A stretch of 64,000 nt of DNA, taken from contig JBEKBH010000015.1 in assembly GCA_050015495.1 (NCBI GenBank), forward strand, positions 16,942 to 80,941, written 5' to 3'. This document shows positions 38,569 through 47,613 of the stretch, in pieces (position 1 is the first letter of the stretch; every line of letters begins with the position of its first letter). Under the pieces are notes generated by a model. That model was not told where the DNA came from and made no database searches. It saw only the letters and a list, made by a program, of their open reading frames with translations. This stretch comes from Verrucomicrobiia bacterium. Its GTDB lineage: Bacteria > Verrucomicrobiota > Verrucomicrobiia > Palsa-1439. The position numbers and the translations under genes were made by a program.

Positions 38569-39750
38569 CTACAGCGCTTCCTCCAAAATCTGTTGTTTCC
38601 TCATTCGTCGCGGCTCGTAAATGCAGTGGGGCTCCTCCGCCATGTAATTGCCACGTGTCGCGTAAAACGCCCGGGCGCGACAGCCGAGGCAGACCTTCTT
38701 GAATTCGCAGAGCCCGCACTTGCCTTCGAGTTGTTCGACATCGCGCAAGCGACCGAACACCTCCGAGTCCTCCCAAATCTCGCGCATCGTCTGGCGCTTC
38801 ACGTTACCGGCGCTGACGGGCAGATAACCGCACGGGAAAACCTCGCCCGTATGCGACACGAAACAAATGGCGCTGCCGGCCAGGCAACCCTTCGTCATCG
38901 CGGCCATGTTCGGACCGCCGCCATGGCCCGCGCTTCCCGGATGACCGTGACCATTGCCGTGAGCCTGCCCGTGCTCGGGTTTGCCATGGCTGTGCGAGGC
39001 CTCGATGTGCACGTGATCCGCCGCAGCACGCTGGCGCATCACGCGGAAGTAATGGGGTGCGCACGTCGCCTTGAGATGAAGAGCGCGCTCCTTGCTCTTG
39101 TCGTACATCCAGTTGAGCACCCGCTCGTATTCCTCGGCGGGCAGCATGTTCGACTCGGCAATCTGCACCCCGCAGCCGACGGGAACCAGCATGAACAGGT
39201 GCAACGCGTCCGCGCCGAGTTCCTGGGCCGTGGCGTAGAGCGTCTCGATCTGGTGCACATTGTGCCGGGTGACCGTGCAGTTGATCTGCATGCTCATCCC
39301 GAGGCGGCGCAGGTGACGAAAGCCCTTCAACGCCGCCGCCAGCGAGCCGGGTTGGCGGCGAAAACTGTCGTGCGTGGCCTCATCGGCGCCATCGATGCTG
39401 ATCGCGACGCGCTGGATGCCGCTCTCGACAATCGCGTGGGCGACGCGCTCGTCGATCAATGTGCCGTTGGTCGCCAGCGCGACCGTCAATCCCTGGTCGC
39501 GCGCGTGCATCGCGATTTGGAAAATGTCGGGGCGGAACAACGGTTCGCCACCGGACAGGACGAGGATGGGTTTGGCAAACGCCGCCAGTGCGCGGACAAA
39601 CAGCAGCGCCTCCTCGGTGGTCAGGTCGTTCTTCATGAGCTGCCGGCTCACGTCGAGACGGCGGCAATGAATGCACTCCAGGTTGCAACCCGCAGTTGTC
39701 TCCCAGAAAAGGAGCCTGAGCTCGTTGTGGTTTTTGGTTTCTGCGACCAT
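38569..39750 (-). CDS. ahbD: Radical SAM/SPASM, AhbD/NirJ2-like heme b synthase with His-rich insert
   Basis: FWETTAGCNLECIHCR, LFMLVPVGCG, KATCAPHYFR and GCLAG motifs. Confidence 0.82.
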   Translation of the reverse strand: MVAETKNHNELRLLFWETTAGCNLECIHCRRLDVSRQLMKNDLTTEEALLFVRALAAFAKPILVLSGGEPLFRPDIFQIAMHARDQGLTVALATNGTLIDERVAHAIVESGIQRVAISIDGADEATHDSFRRQPGSLAAALKGFRHLRRLGMSMQINCTVTRHNVHQIETLYATAQELGADALHLFMLVPVGCGVQIAESNMLPAEEYERVLNWMYDKSKERALHLKATCAPHYFRVMRQRAAADHVHIEASHSHGKPEHGQAHGNGHGHPGSAGHGGGPNMAAMTKGCLAGSAICFVSHTGEVFPCGYLPVSAGNVKRQTMREIWEDSEVFGRLRDVEQLEGKCGLCEFKKVCLGCRARAFYATRGNYMAEEPHCIYEPRRMRKQQILEEAL

Positions 39751-39767
39751 AGCCGCAGAATGGTTTA

Positions 39768-39782
39768 GCACTGGCGGTGCCA
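39768..39782 (-). promoter_or_regulatory. Candidate sigma54 promoter of the ahbD operon
   Basis: TGGCAC-CGCCA-GTGC; implies a nearly leaderless mRNA. Confidence 0.55.
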
Positions 39783-39861
39783 GCGCAAAGAGGTAAATTC
39801 CAACCATCTGTGCTACAATATGATACGGAGGAACGCCCGGTTGATCTCTGACCCAAGAACC

Positions 39862-39905
39862 TGACATTTTGGCAAGGCGGCGCGGGCCGTGTCGACAAGT
39901 TGTCG
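39862..39905. promoter_or_regulatory. Paired YGACA-N3-TG(G/T)CR sites (enhancer motif 2)
   Basis: tgacattttggca (39862) and cgacaagttgtcg (39893); an equivalent pair sits at 58689 and 58719. Confidence 0.55.
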
Positions 39906-39916
39906 GCTTGGTCCGC

Positions 39917-41113
39917 TCACTTCCCTTTGCACCACGCCCGGATGTCGTCCGCAGCCTGATGCGCGAGCGATGGGGTGCTCCGAATCGCCTCGCGCAATTC
40001 CGGGAAATAATGGACGGCCAGCCAGAGGAGGGCGGCGACAACCGCCAGCCAGACCACCGCATCCAGAAGAAACACGAAGGACCAGGCCCATCTCGGCCGG
40101 CCAAAACCCCAATAGCACGCGCGTCGGGCCGCTTTCAGCGGCGACACGAGAATGCCGTAGGCGATGAACAACAGCAGCGCCGCTGCCCACACCGGCACGT
40201 TCGCTGGCAGCGCCAGCCCAAACACGGTGCCGGTCGCCAGCAGCGAGATCAAGGCACAGATCCACAGGATCGTCGCCGCGCCGTGCAGCAACGAGAGCAC
40301 GGGCAGTGCGACGCCCATCCCGGGATGAACGGGGGCATGCTCCGCCCAATAGCGATACCAATTATGCCGCCACTGATCCGCGTTCGCGCGCATTTCCCGG
40401 TCAAACGACAGGCGCCACCCGCGCATTTCCCGCCTGAACCGGCGCTTCCATTCGCGGCGCGCCTTGCGGTCCGGGAAGCCCTTCATCGCCTCGTAATATC
40501 CTTCTTTCGCGCGCCGGATGAATTCCTGCGCCGTCGATGGGGCGCCGGACGCCGCCGCTTTTTCTTCCGGTGAACGCGCCTCGGGCACCACGATCGCCAT
40601 CACCACATAGACGAGCACCCCGGTGCCCCAAAACACCGTCAAAAGAACGAAGGCGAGCCGCACGAGGGTCGGATCGACATTCACATAGGCGGCGATCCCG
40701 TTGCAGACGCCGGCGATCATCGCGCCGTCGTGGATCCTATAGAGCCGCCTTGGCGTACCGCCGCGCCACGCCGCTCGTTCTTCTTCCGCTGTCCCGGGTC
40801 CGCACGCGCCGCCCGTGGTGCCGGGGTCGCTTGCGCCCGGGTCCACGGCTTCGCCCGAGTCCGCCTCGATCGGCCCCATCTCCGCAAGGACAGCGGCAAC
40901 CTCCTTCGTCACGACCACCGTCTTGTGACTCCCCAAAAACCCGCGGAACTTCTCCGCGATCGCCCGCTCGATGTCCGAGAGGATTTCATCCCGGTCCGGG
41001 TTGCCCTTCAGCCGCGCGGTCGCGGTCTCCAGATAGGCGCGCAGGGCATCATAGCCGCCTTCTTCGAGCTGATACGCGGTGCCCCCCAGATTGATCGTGA
41101 TAACCTTGTTCAT
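39917..41113 (-). CDS. PspC domain-containing membrane protein
   Basis: EILSDIERAIAE, RLYR...IAGVCNGIAAY...DPTLVRL; C-terminal TM helices. Confidence 0.9.
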   Translation of the reverse strand: MNKVITINLGGTAYQLEEGGYDALRAYLETATARLKGNPDRDEILSDIERAIAEKFRGFLGSHKTVVVTKEVAAVLAEMGPIEADSGEAVDPGASDPGTTGGACGPGTAEEERAAWRGGTPRRLYRIHDGAMIAGVCNGIAAYVNVDPTLVRLAFVLLTVFWGTGVLVYVVMAIVVPEARSPEEKAAASGAPSTAQEFIRRAKEGYYEAMKGFPDRKARREWKRRFRREMRGWRLSFDREMRANADQWRHNWYRYWAEHAPVHPGMGVALPVLSLLHGAATILWICALISLLATGTVFGLALPANVPVWAAALLLFIAYGILVSPLKAARRACYWGFGRPRWAWSFVFLLDAVVWLAVVAALLWLAVHYFPELREAIRSTPSLAHQAADDIRAWCKGK

Positions 41114-41132
41114 GGTAGGGATTACCTCCGGT

Positions 41133-41465
41133 TTATTTTTGTCCCAGTTTTTTCACCGTCCCGTTGATCTTGCCCCAATACTCGAGCGTTTCGCGCAACT
41201 GCTCCCGGCCTTTTGCGGTAAGCTCGTAATATTTGCGGGGCGGCCCGGCCTCGGATTCCTTCCATTCGTAATCCAGGAGCCCATCGCGGCGCATCTTGCT
41301 CAACAACGGATACAGCGTGCCTTCCTGGGTTGCGAATTCGGTCGCGCTCAACTGTTTCAATATGTCCGCCGCGTAGACCTTTTCCGTCGCAATGATCTGC
41401 AGCAAAAGGAACTCGAGGAGGCCCTTGCGGATCGCGGAAAATTTTTCGTTCACGCTCATCGTCAA
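41133..41465 (-). CDS. PadR family regulator
   Basis: RKGLLE, EGTLYPLL and GPPRKYYELT motifs. Confidence 0.93.
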   Translation of the reverse strand: MTMSVNEKFSAIRKGLLEFLLLQIIATEKVYAADILKQLSATEFATQEGTLYPLLSKMRRDGLLDYEWKESEAGPPRKYYELTAKGREQLRETLEYWGKINGTVKKLGQK

Positions 41466-41605
41466 ATACCGAGCAAGCTACCTTGCTATAAAAAGGTAGC
41501 TGGTCGTCCAAAAGAAATCAAGAGAAGAATTTGCCCGCAAACAGATGGGGAAGAATCGCGAATGATGGGGCTGGCGTTGGCCAGACGGAGGCCCGTCAGC
41601 CGATG

Positions 41606-43618
41606 CTAGAAGCGGACGTTGCAACTGGCGGTGACAAGATTCGCCATGTAGTTGTTGAAGCCGCCGGTGCTGGACTCGTCGTAGGAGTAGAACGCGTAGC
41701 GCAGGCGGGCAACCACATTCGTACTGATCTTGCGGCTGACGCCTGCCTGAACCGCGTGGCGCTGGAAATTCAATCCGAGCGGCAGACCGTTGGCGTCGTT
41801 GTTGTTGAAATTGTCCGCACACGAGTAGCTGTATTCGAGCGTGAGATCGGTCTTCTTATCGATCGCGTAGCCGGTCGTGGCCATAACCGTGTACACGTTG
41901 CCCCGGTACGGCTGGACGGCGGGGTTTTGATTGGCGGACGAGGTCGTCCGCGTGTCCTGCAACGAGAAGTAGCCGGTCAGATACCATCGGGACAGCGGCG
42001 TGACCGTGGCACTGACGCTGTAGATATTCAAATCGTAATCGCCCGACTGGAGCGTGCCGCCGGGCGTGATCACCGGAATCGCTTCCGTGCTGGTGCGGAT
42101 ATCGGTGGAGACGAGTTGGTAGGTGAACGCCACGTTGAAGCGCGAACACGGGCGCAAGGTCAGTTTGGCCATGACCTCGTCGGTGGTGAAATCCTGCGCG
42201 GTGATGAATCCGGGATAGCCCACCACCGTGTCGGTGGGGTAGTCGTAGTCATCGTGATCGATGTAATGCCGATAGCTGCCCGCCAGCGTCACGCGGGAGA
42301 GCGGCGCGGTGTTGAAGCCCACACGGTAATCCTGTCGCAAGGTCGTCTCGTCCGAGTCGAGGGCAAGGCTGGACGCGCCATCCTGCGTCTCCGTCTGATC
42401 CAAATCGATTTGCTCCTCGTTCCATCGGCCCTCGGCGTAGAGGGTGGTATACGGAATCTTCGTATAGCGCATGCCGAGAGTTTCCGAAAGGCTCTTGGTG
42501 TCTTCAAACGAACGAATCAAGTTGGTCGTGGCCGCGGGGGTGCTTTGCGTGAGAAGCGCGTCGGTCGAGCCGTGCGTGTCGGTTTTTTCCGCCTGCAATC
42601 CGCCGTAGAGAACGAGGCCCTTGAACGGCCCCAACATGCCATTCAGGTTGACCACGTCCGAATCCAACTCGACCCCGATCGCATTGGCCGTCCCGCTGAT
42701 ATCGAACGGCCCGAGCGGCGGCGGCGTATTCACCTGCATGTCCCCGTTACCGGACAGCGAGTTGTGCAGATAGCCGAGCGACCAATACACCTTGTCATTT
42801 ACGTGACAATCCATGTGAAACGTGTTGTAGAACGCGTCATGGTGGTAATCCTCGTGAACTGTTACCGTTTGACTGGAATCGGTATTCAGGTTTACCGACG
42901 TGTCGTCCCGCGTATCATCGCTGCTGAAATGTTCATAGCGGAAGTCGTCCAAGAGGTGGACTTTGCTGATATCGTAGTCCACGTTCAATTTGACGATGTC
43001 AGTGTGCTCTTTGATGCCATCGGACGAGGGATAAATCTTGCGCGTGTTCGCGCCCTGCGTGACGCCCCCCCACTCGACCAATGATTCGTCGCCATCCTGT
43101 GCTTGTCGCTCATAGCCGACGGTGACCTTGGGGAGATTGGGCAGGGTCAGTCCGGCTTCGAAGAAGATATCGCTATTATCGACCCGCAGATCTTGATCCA
43201 GCCGAAATGACGACGGCGTGAACGGGCCGTAGAATCCCCCCTGGCCGTCGTAGTACTCGCGATACTCGGTGTACCCGGCCCGAACAAAACCGAAGTCCCG
43301 CTTCGTCAATTGCAGCTGGAACTTGTAGTCGTGCTCATCAATGATAAACCGGCCTTCGCCATCGAGCGTTGTGTCCTTGTTGAGAACGTAATGCAGCGTC
43401 CCATCCTCGACGCCGCCGTTCCAGCCGGGCTGGATCCCCAGGTCTTCGCGGAATTTCTGGATATTGCCGGACACCTTCGCATACGTCACTTCCGGCGTGC
43501 CGGATAACTGGATCGGCGAATTGGTTTGCGAATCATCGCCCCGGGTGGTGGCGAGCGTCATCAGTCCCAAGGGGAGAGCGACGAGCAAAGCTTTGAAAAC
43601 GGTGTGTTTCATCACCAT
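41606..43618 (-). CDS. Outer-membrane beta-barrel porin, MtrB/PioB-like
   Basis: Signal peptide, amphipathic beta-strands, terminal Phe; 7 bp downstream of the MtrA-like gene. Confidence 0.85.
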   Translation of the reverse strand: MVMKHTVFKALLVALPLGLMTLATTRGDDSQTNSPIQLSGTPEVTYAKVSGNIQKFREDLGIQPGWNGGVEDGTLHYVLNKDTTLDGEGRFIIDEHDYKFQLQLTKRDFGFVRAGYTEYREYYDGQGGFYGPFTPSSFRLDQDLRVDNSDIFFEAGLTLPNLPKVTVGYERQAQDGDESLVEWGGVTQGANTRKIYPSSDGIKEHTDIVKLNVDYDISKVHLLDDFRYEHFSSDDTRDDTSVNLNTDSSQTVTVHEDYHHDAFYNTFHMDCHVNDKVYWSLGYLHNSLSGNGDMQVNTPPPLGPFDISGTANAIGVELDSDVVNLNGMLGPFKGLVLYGGLQAEKTDTHGSTDALLTQSTPAATTNLIRSFEDTKSLSETLGMRYTKIPYTTLYAEGRWNEEQIDLDQTETQDGASSLALDSDETTLRQDYRVGFNTAPLSRVTLAGSYRHYIDHDDYDYPTDTVVGYPGFITAQDFTTDEVMAKLTLRPCSRFNVAFTYQLVSTDIRTSTEAIPVITPGGTLQSGDYDLNIYSVSATVTPLSRWYLTGYFSLQDTRTTSSANQNPAVQPYRGNVYTVMATTGYAIDKKTDLTLEYSYSCADNFNNNDANGLPLGLNFQRHAVQAGVSRKISTNVVARLRYAFYSYDESSTGGFNNYMANLVTASCNVRF

Positions 43619-43625
43619 GGCTTCG

Positions 43626-44432
43626 TCAATACCGCAGGTGCGAGTTGATGTCCGAACCGTGAACGGCGGTGTGGCAACCCGCGCTGAAGCAGGTGCCCTG
43701 TTCCAGGAAGCTGGTGGGCGCAAACCCGGCGTGCGGCATGTTCCCGATCGACACGACGCCGGGCAGGGTCGGCGAGGCTACCTGTGCGTGGCACTTCAGA
43801 CACAGATTGTTGTCGCGCTCGGTCAACATCTTGGGGTTCATCGAGCCGTGCACGTTGTGGCAGGAGGTGCACCCTTCGCGCATCGCCTCATGCTCGTACA
43901 CGTGCGGCCGGGCCTGTTCGCGATGGCATTGCGCGCACTCCTCGTTCACGCGACCGACCAGCATGCCCTTCGGCTTGAGAATGTCTTCGCCATGCGGATC
44001 GTGACAGGAGATACAACTCATCCGCCCTTCCTTGACCGGATGATGGTATTGGAGGCTGAACTCGGCGTTCTTATCGAGATGGCACTGGAAACACGCGTCG
44101 GGACTCTTGCCGGGATTGACGATCAGCTTGGGATCCCCGCCCGAATCCACGTGCAAACTGCCGGGACCGTGGCAACTCTCGCACCCTTCACCTTCGACCC
44201 GCGGCCCTTCGCCGGGAATCTGGATGCGCGCGTGCTCCGTGAGTTTGAAGTTCTTCGCTTCCTTCTCGTGACACAACGCGCATTGGTCCATGCCGACGTA
44301 CTTGGCACCCGGAATCATCGGCGGGGCGAGGACCACCCGATCCACCGTGGCACAGGAGATGATCAATGCGGCCAACGCGGCGCCGCCGATGGCTGCGACT
44401 GTTACCGCGGTTGAGGATTGTGGTCTCTTCAC
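43626..44432 (-). CDS. MtrA/DmsE-like octaheme cytochrome c, probable lipoprotein
   Basis: 7 CxxCH plus CFSAGCH; CESCHGPGSLH and terminal CH..VHGS; IIS-C lipobox. Confidence 0.85.
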   Translation of the reverse strand: MKRPQSSTAVTVAAIGGAALAALIISCATVDRVVLAPPMIPGAKYVGMDQCALCHEKEAKNFKLTEHARIQIPGEGPRVEGEGCESCHGPGSLHVDSGGDPKLIVNPGKSPDACFQCHLDKNAEFSLQYHHPVKEGRMSCISCHDPHGEDILKPKGMLVGRVNEECAQCHREQARPHVYEHEAMREGCTSCHNVHGSMNPKMLTERDNNLCLKCHAQVASPTLPGVVSIGNMPHAGFAPTSFLEQGTCFSAGCHTAVHGSDINSHLRY

Positions 44433-44550
44433 AGATTTCCTCCGCTACCAATCTCCGCCGTCTGCCTGGAAAAAAACGGGCGACAGCACCCAACAACCTG
44501 CTTCCTCTGCGCTGCCGCCCGTGTCGAAACCGGCGCCATCGCGCCCACTC

Positions 44551-47247
44551 CTACCGGAGCACGGCGTGCGGATAGGCGTTCAGGAACGTCCTGGTCGGGT
44601 CACCGTAATAGTTCGTGCTCAGGTCGGTGTAGGTCGATTGCAGCAGGCGGATGGTGAACTGCGTGTTGTGCACGCCAAAGCTGCCTTCGAAATTCTCCAG
44701 ATTCCAATTCCAAGCGGCCTGGCGTTGCGCTGCCGCCAACGTCGCATTGGTGGAATAGCCGCCGCCGAAATAAATAGTGTCTCCATGGGCGATGGTATTG
44801 GAGAGACCCGTCGCGTACATCAGGGTCGCCAGATTACTCATCAATGTGTGCGTTTGCGTCTGGACGCCTTCGATCGCCCCATTCGTATTGCCGTCATAAT
44901 TCTGGAAGTTCGCCGGCGCGTAGTCGAAGGAACTGACCGTTGGCGCGAAGCTCGCGTGGCACTGGTTGCACGCGGCAATGTTCTGCACGTCGTTGGTGAC
45001 GCCATTCGCGCCCACGGATTGGTAGTCCACCTCGAACGTGTGGGAGCCCAACAAGTTCGCGTATTGGTCATACAGGGCCGTTGTGACGTTCGTCACAACA
45101 CCATTAATCGAGATCGCGGCCTGCGGGACGCCGGTGCTGCTGGGCGCGGGCAGTACATACATGTGGCACGTCTGGCAATCCGCCAGGTACGTGTGGAAGG
45201 AATTCCCCATTGTCTGACCATAATCGTAGGCGCCCAGACCCGCGAAGATTTCGCCGGCGGTGCTCATGTCCGGTGTCGTCGTCATATAGTACATCTTGTT
45301 GATGCTGCTGCCGCTGACCTGGATTTGCGTCGGCCATTCGCGCGCATTGTGGCAGACCATACAAGCCGCGGATAGACCGGCGTTGGTCACGGTGATGGTG
45401 CTGTTGGTCAACTGCAGATTCGCCGTGGTCAGGTCGTCGCCGAGGCCAACGTAGACCGTCGGGCTGTTCGTCAACAGCGGGTTGCCCAGTTGGACGGTGT
45501 CATAGACCCGCAACTGATGACGGTTTCCCGTGGTGTCCCCAAATGTGTTGTGTGGCTCGTGGCAGACCTGGCAGGTCAACGGCCCGGAGCCCATGGCCAC
45601 TGCGGTCAAGCCCGCCGCGTTGGTGATGGCTGCGGCGACTGCGGGGAACCGGTTCGTCACGACGCTGATAAAACCCGCGGGCGAATGGCACCGCGCGCAG
45701 CTTGCACTGAAACCCTCTGAATCGGAGATGCTTTCATACCCACCCGAGTGCGGGGAAACCTCCCACTGCTCGGGATACACATGGTGGGTGCCGTCCTGGT
45801 GGCAACTGGCGCAGACTTTCGCATCCAAGCTGACGGAGGGCGAACCCGGATGCCGGCTGCCGGGCCCGTGGCAGTTTTCGCACTGGATGTTGGCCAGATT
45901 CTGGAGCTGAGCGGGCATCGCCGCGTAGTTGCCTGCCTGCAAGACCTTGGGGAACGCCCAGCCGAGTTGTTGTTGGACAGCATAGAAGTTGTTGTTGGTC
46001 GCCGCCGGCGATTGGTTGAAGCCGACGGTATGGCATTGGAAGCAGGACTCGTTGTAAAACGAGCCGAGGACTCCATCCACCCCGCGTTCGGCCATTGTCG
46101 AATGCTCCGTCTGGCTCCACGGGGTAACAATATCGGGCTGATTGACGTTGTTGCCGGGGCCGTGACAGATCATGCAGAACTGCACACCGGTCCAGCTGGC
46201 CGCCGTGTTGGTGACAGTTTTGCCCGTGACATTGTCCTGAATCACGTACACGCCTTCGACATCAGGCCGCAACGCTGCGATCAAACCATTGGTGTGTGTA
46301 AGGGTGGTGACGGAACCAGCGGGCTGGGACACGAGTGACCAGTTCGTGCTACTGGTCGTCCCCTTGTAAAAGGCGGTTACGCCCACCGGAATGTTCGGTT
46401 GCGCGGGCGTCTGGAGGGAACACGCCACGGTGAAAACTCCGGTGCGTGTGACCGAGCCGTTGCTGACGAGAACTTTGAAGCCGTACGTGGCCTCGCTCGC
46501 CTGTTGGTTGTCGAGGGAAATACCGGCGAGACGACCAAAGCGGTGCTCGGGTTCGACGTATTGCTGATTCGTCACCCCGCCGGCGACGTACGAATAATAA
46601 ATCGAGTTCGAAGAGCCGGTCATCGTGACGAAGTTCGTCAGCGCATCGGTGACAAAACTGGTGGCGACAACGCCGTTGGTGCTGAGCGCGACGGTGTTGC
46701 CGCTGGTCTGGCTCCAGACATACGTCAGCGTCCCAGCCAGGCCGCTGGTGGGGACGATCGAGCCGTCCAGTGTCACCGAGTTTTCGAATCCCACATCGTA
46801 GAGGTTCGTCGAGACCGTGAGCGACGACGGGTTGGAGTTCGAGCTGGGGGCGGTGATGGCAACGTCAAGTATTTGCGAGCCGATCTTCTTCTTGCTGAAC
46901 GTCGCTGTCACGTGCATCACGGCGGCGCCGGTGAAGGTACTGGGGATCTGAACGGATGTGCCGGACACGTCGTTGCTGCCAACCAGCAGGGTGCTATTGG
47001 TGAGCACGGGGAACGTCGCCTTGAACTTCTTACCAACGATCGTGGCCTTCACGACCAGCGAACCCGCGTTGGTCAGAACATTCAAATCGAACTTGTAGCT
47101 GAGTTCGCTTCCAGACGTCAGGCTGCCGACAGCTTCGACAGTCCCAAGCTGTGCGCCAGCAGGCGCGGCGTGTGTTGGTAGTGCGATCAAGGTAGCCAGT
47201 GCGACGACCACCGCACCGACTCGTTTCAGAAGATGTGTTCCCGTCAT
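44551..47247 (-). CDS. Large secreted nonaheme cytochrome c with N-terminal beta-sandwich/PKD-like region
   Basis: Signal peptide, about 350 aa T/S/N-rich region, 9 CxxCH, C-terminal EGSFGVHN. GGAGG RBS. Confidence 0.88.
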   Translation of the reverse strand: MTGTHLLKRVGAVVVALATLIALPTHAAPAGAQLGTVEAVGSLTSGSELSYKFDLNVLTNAGSLVVKATIVGKKFKATFPVLTNSTLLVGSNDVSGTSVQIPSTFTGAAVMHVTATFSKKKIGSQILDVAITAPSSNSNPSSLTVSTNLYDVGFENSVTLDGSIVPTSGLAGTLTYVWSQTSGNTVALSTNGVVATSFVTDALTNFVTMTGSSNSIYYSYVAGGVTNQQYVEPEHRFGRLAGISLDNQQASEATYGFKVLVSNGSVTRTGVFTVACSLQTPAQPNIPVGVTAFYKGTTSSTNWSLVSQPAGSVTTLTHTNGLIAALRPDVEGVYVIQDNVTGKTVTNTAASWTGVQFCMICHGPGNNVNQPDIVTPWSQTEHSTMAERGVDGVLGSFYNESCFQCHTVGFNQSPAATNNNFYAVQQQLGWAFPKVLQAGNYAAMPAQLQNLANIQCENCHGPGSRHPGSPSVSLDAKVCASCHQDGTHHVYPEQWEVSPHSGGYESISDSEGFSASCARCHSPAGFISVVTNRFPAVAAAITNAAGLTAVAMGSGPLTCQVCHEPHNTFGDTTGNRHQLRVYDTVQLGNPLLTNSPTVYVGLGDDLTTANLQLTNSTITVTNAGLSAACMVCHNAREWPTQIQVSGSSINKMYYMTTTPDMSTAGEIFAGLGAYDYGQTMGNSFHTYLADCQTCHMYVLPAPSSTGVPQAAISINGVVTNVTTALYDQYANLLGSHTFEVDYQSVGANGVTNDVQNIAACNQCHASFAPTVSSFDYAPANFQNYDGNTNGAIEGVQTQTHTLMSNLATLMYATGLSNTIAHGDTIYFGGGYSTNATLAAAQRQAAWNWNLENFEGSFGVHNTQFTIRLLQSTYTDLSTNYYGDPTRTFLNAYPHAVLR

Positions 47248-47275
47248 ATTCGTTGTCCTCCACCCCTCTGCTATG

Positions 47276-47290
47276 GCAGTGGACGTGCCA
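47276..47290 (-). promoter_or_regulatory. Candidate sigma54 promoter of the surface cytochrome-MtrAB operon
   Basis: TGGCAC-GTCCA-CTGC. Confidence 0.65.
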
Positions 47291-47377
47291 AGACCATCAT
47301 CCCGTTCTGTAAGCCACGCCTGGGCAGTTACTTACCTGAAACAATACGCCAACACAAGACAATAAATCGTTGGAAGC

Positions 47378-47415
47378 TGCGCGGATTCGCTCAAAGAAAT
47401 GCGTGCTTCCGCGCA
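47378..47415. promoter_or_regulatory. Paired TGCG-N8-CGCA sites (enhancer motif 1)
   Basis: tgcgcggattcgctca and tgcgtgcttccgcgca, 22 bp apart. Confidence 0.6.
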
Positions 47416-47480
47416 AGAGGACGTGGACAAGCCAACCCAATGCCGCTGCTTTCAAGGGTTTTGGGGGCAGAATCGCTGTA

Positions 47481-47495
47481 CGGCACAAGCAGTGC
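47481..47495 (+). promoter_or_regulatory. Candidate divergent sigma54 promoter
   Basis: CGGCAC-AAGCA-GTGC. Confidence 0.5.
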
Positions 47496-47511
47496 TAGGC
47501 ACGATAGCGGT

Positions 47512-47613
47512 ATGCTCTCCGGTAAAATGCTGGGAATTGTGCTCGCACTGATCGGGCTGATTGTCATCACCCTGTCAGCCGCCGTGATCTACTTCAGCAC
47601 TTCACCGCGCTGA
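47512..47613 (+). CDS. Candidate 33-aa single-TM small protein
   Basis: MLSGKMLGIVLALIGLIVITLSAAVIYFSTSPR directly after a sigma54 motif. Confidence 0.45.
   Translation: MLSGKMLGIVLALIGLIVITLSAAVIYFSTSPR

Noticed and set aside
44551-47247. Naming the protein MtrC/OmcA or NrfA
   Set aside because: Nine hemes, no lipobox, no CxxCK and a different domain layout.
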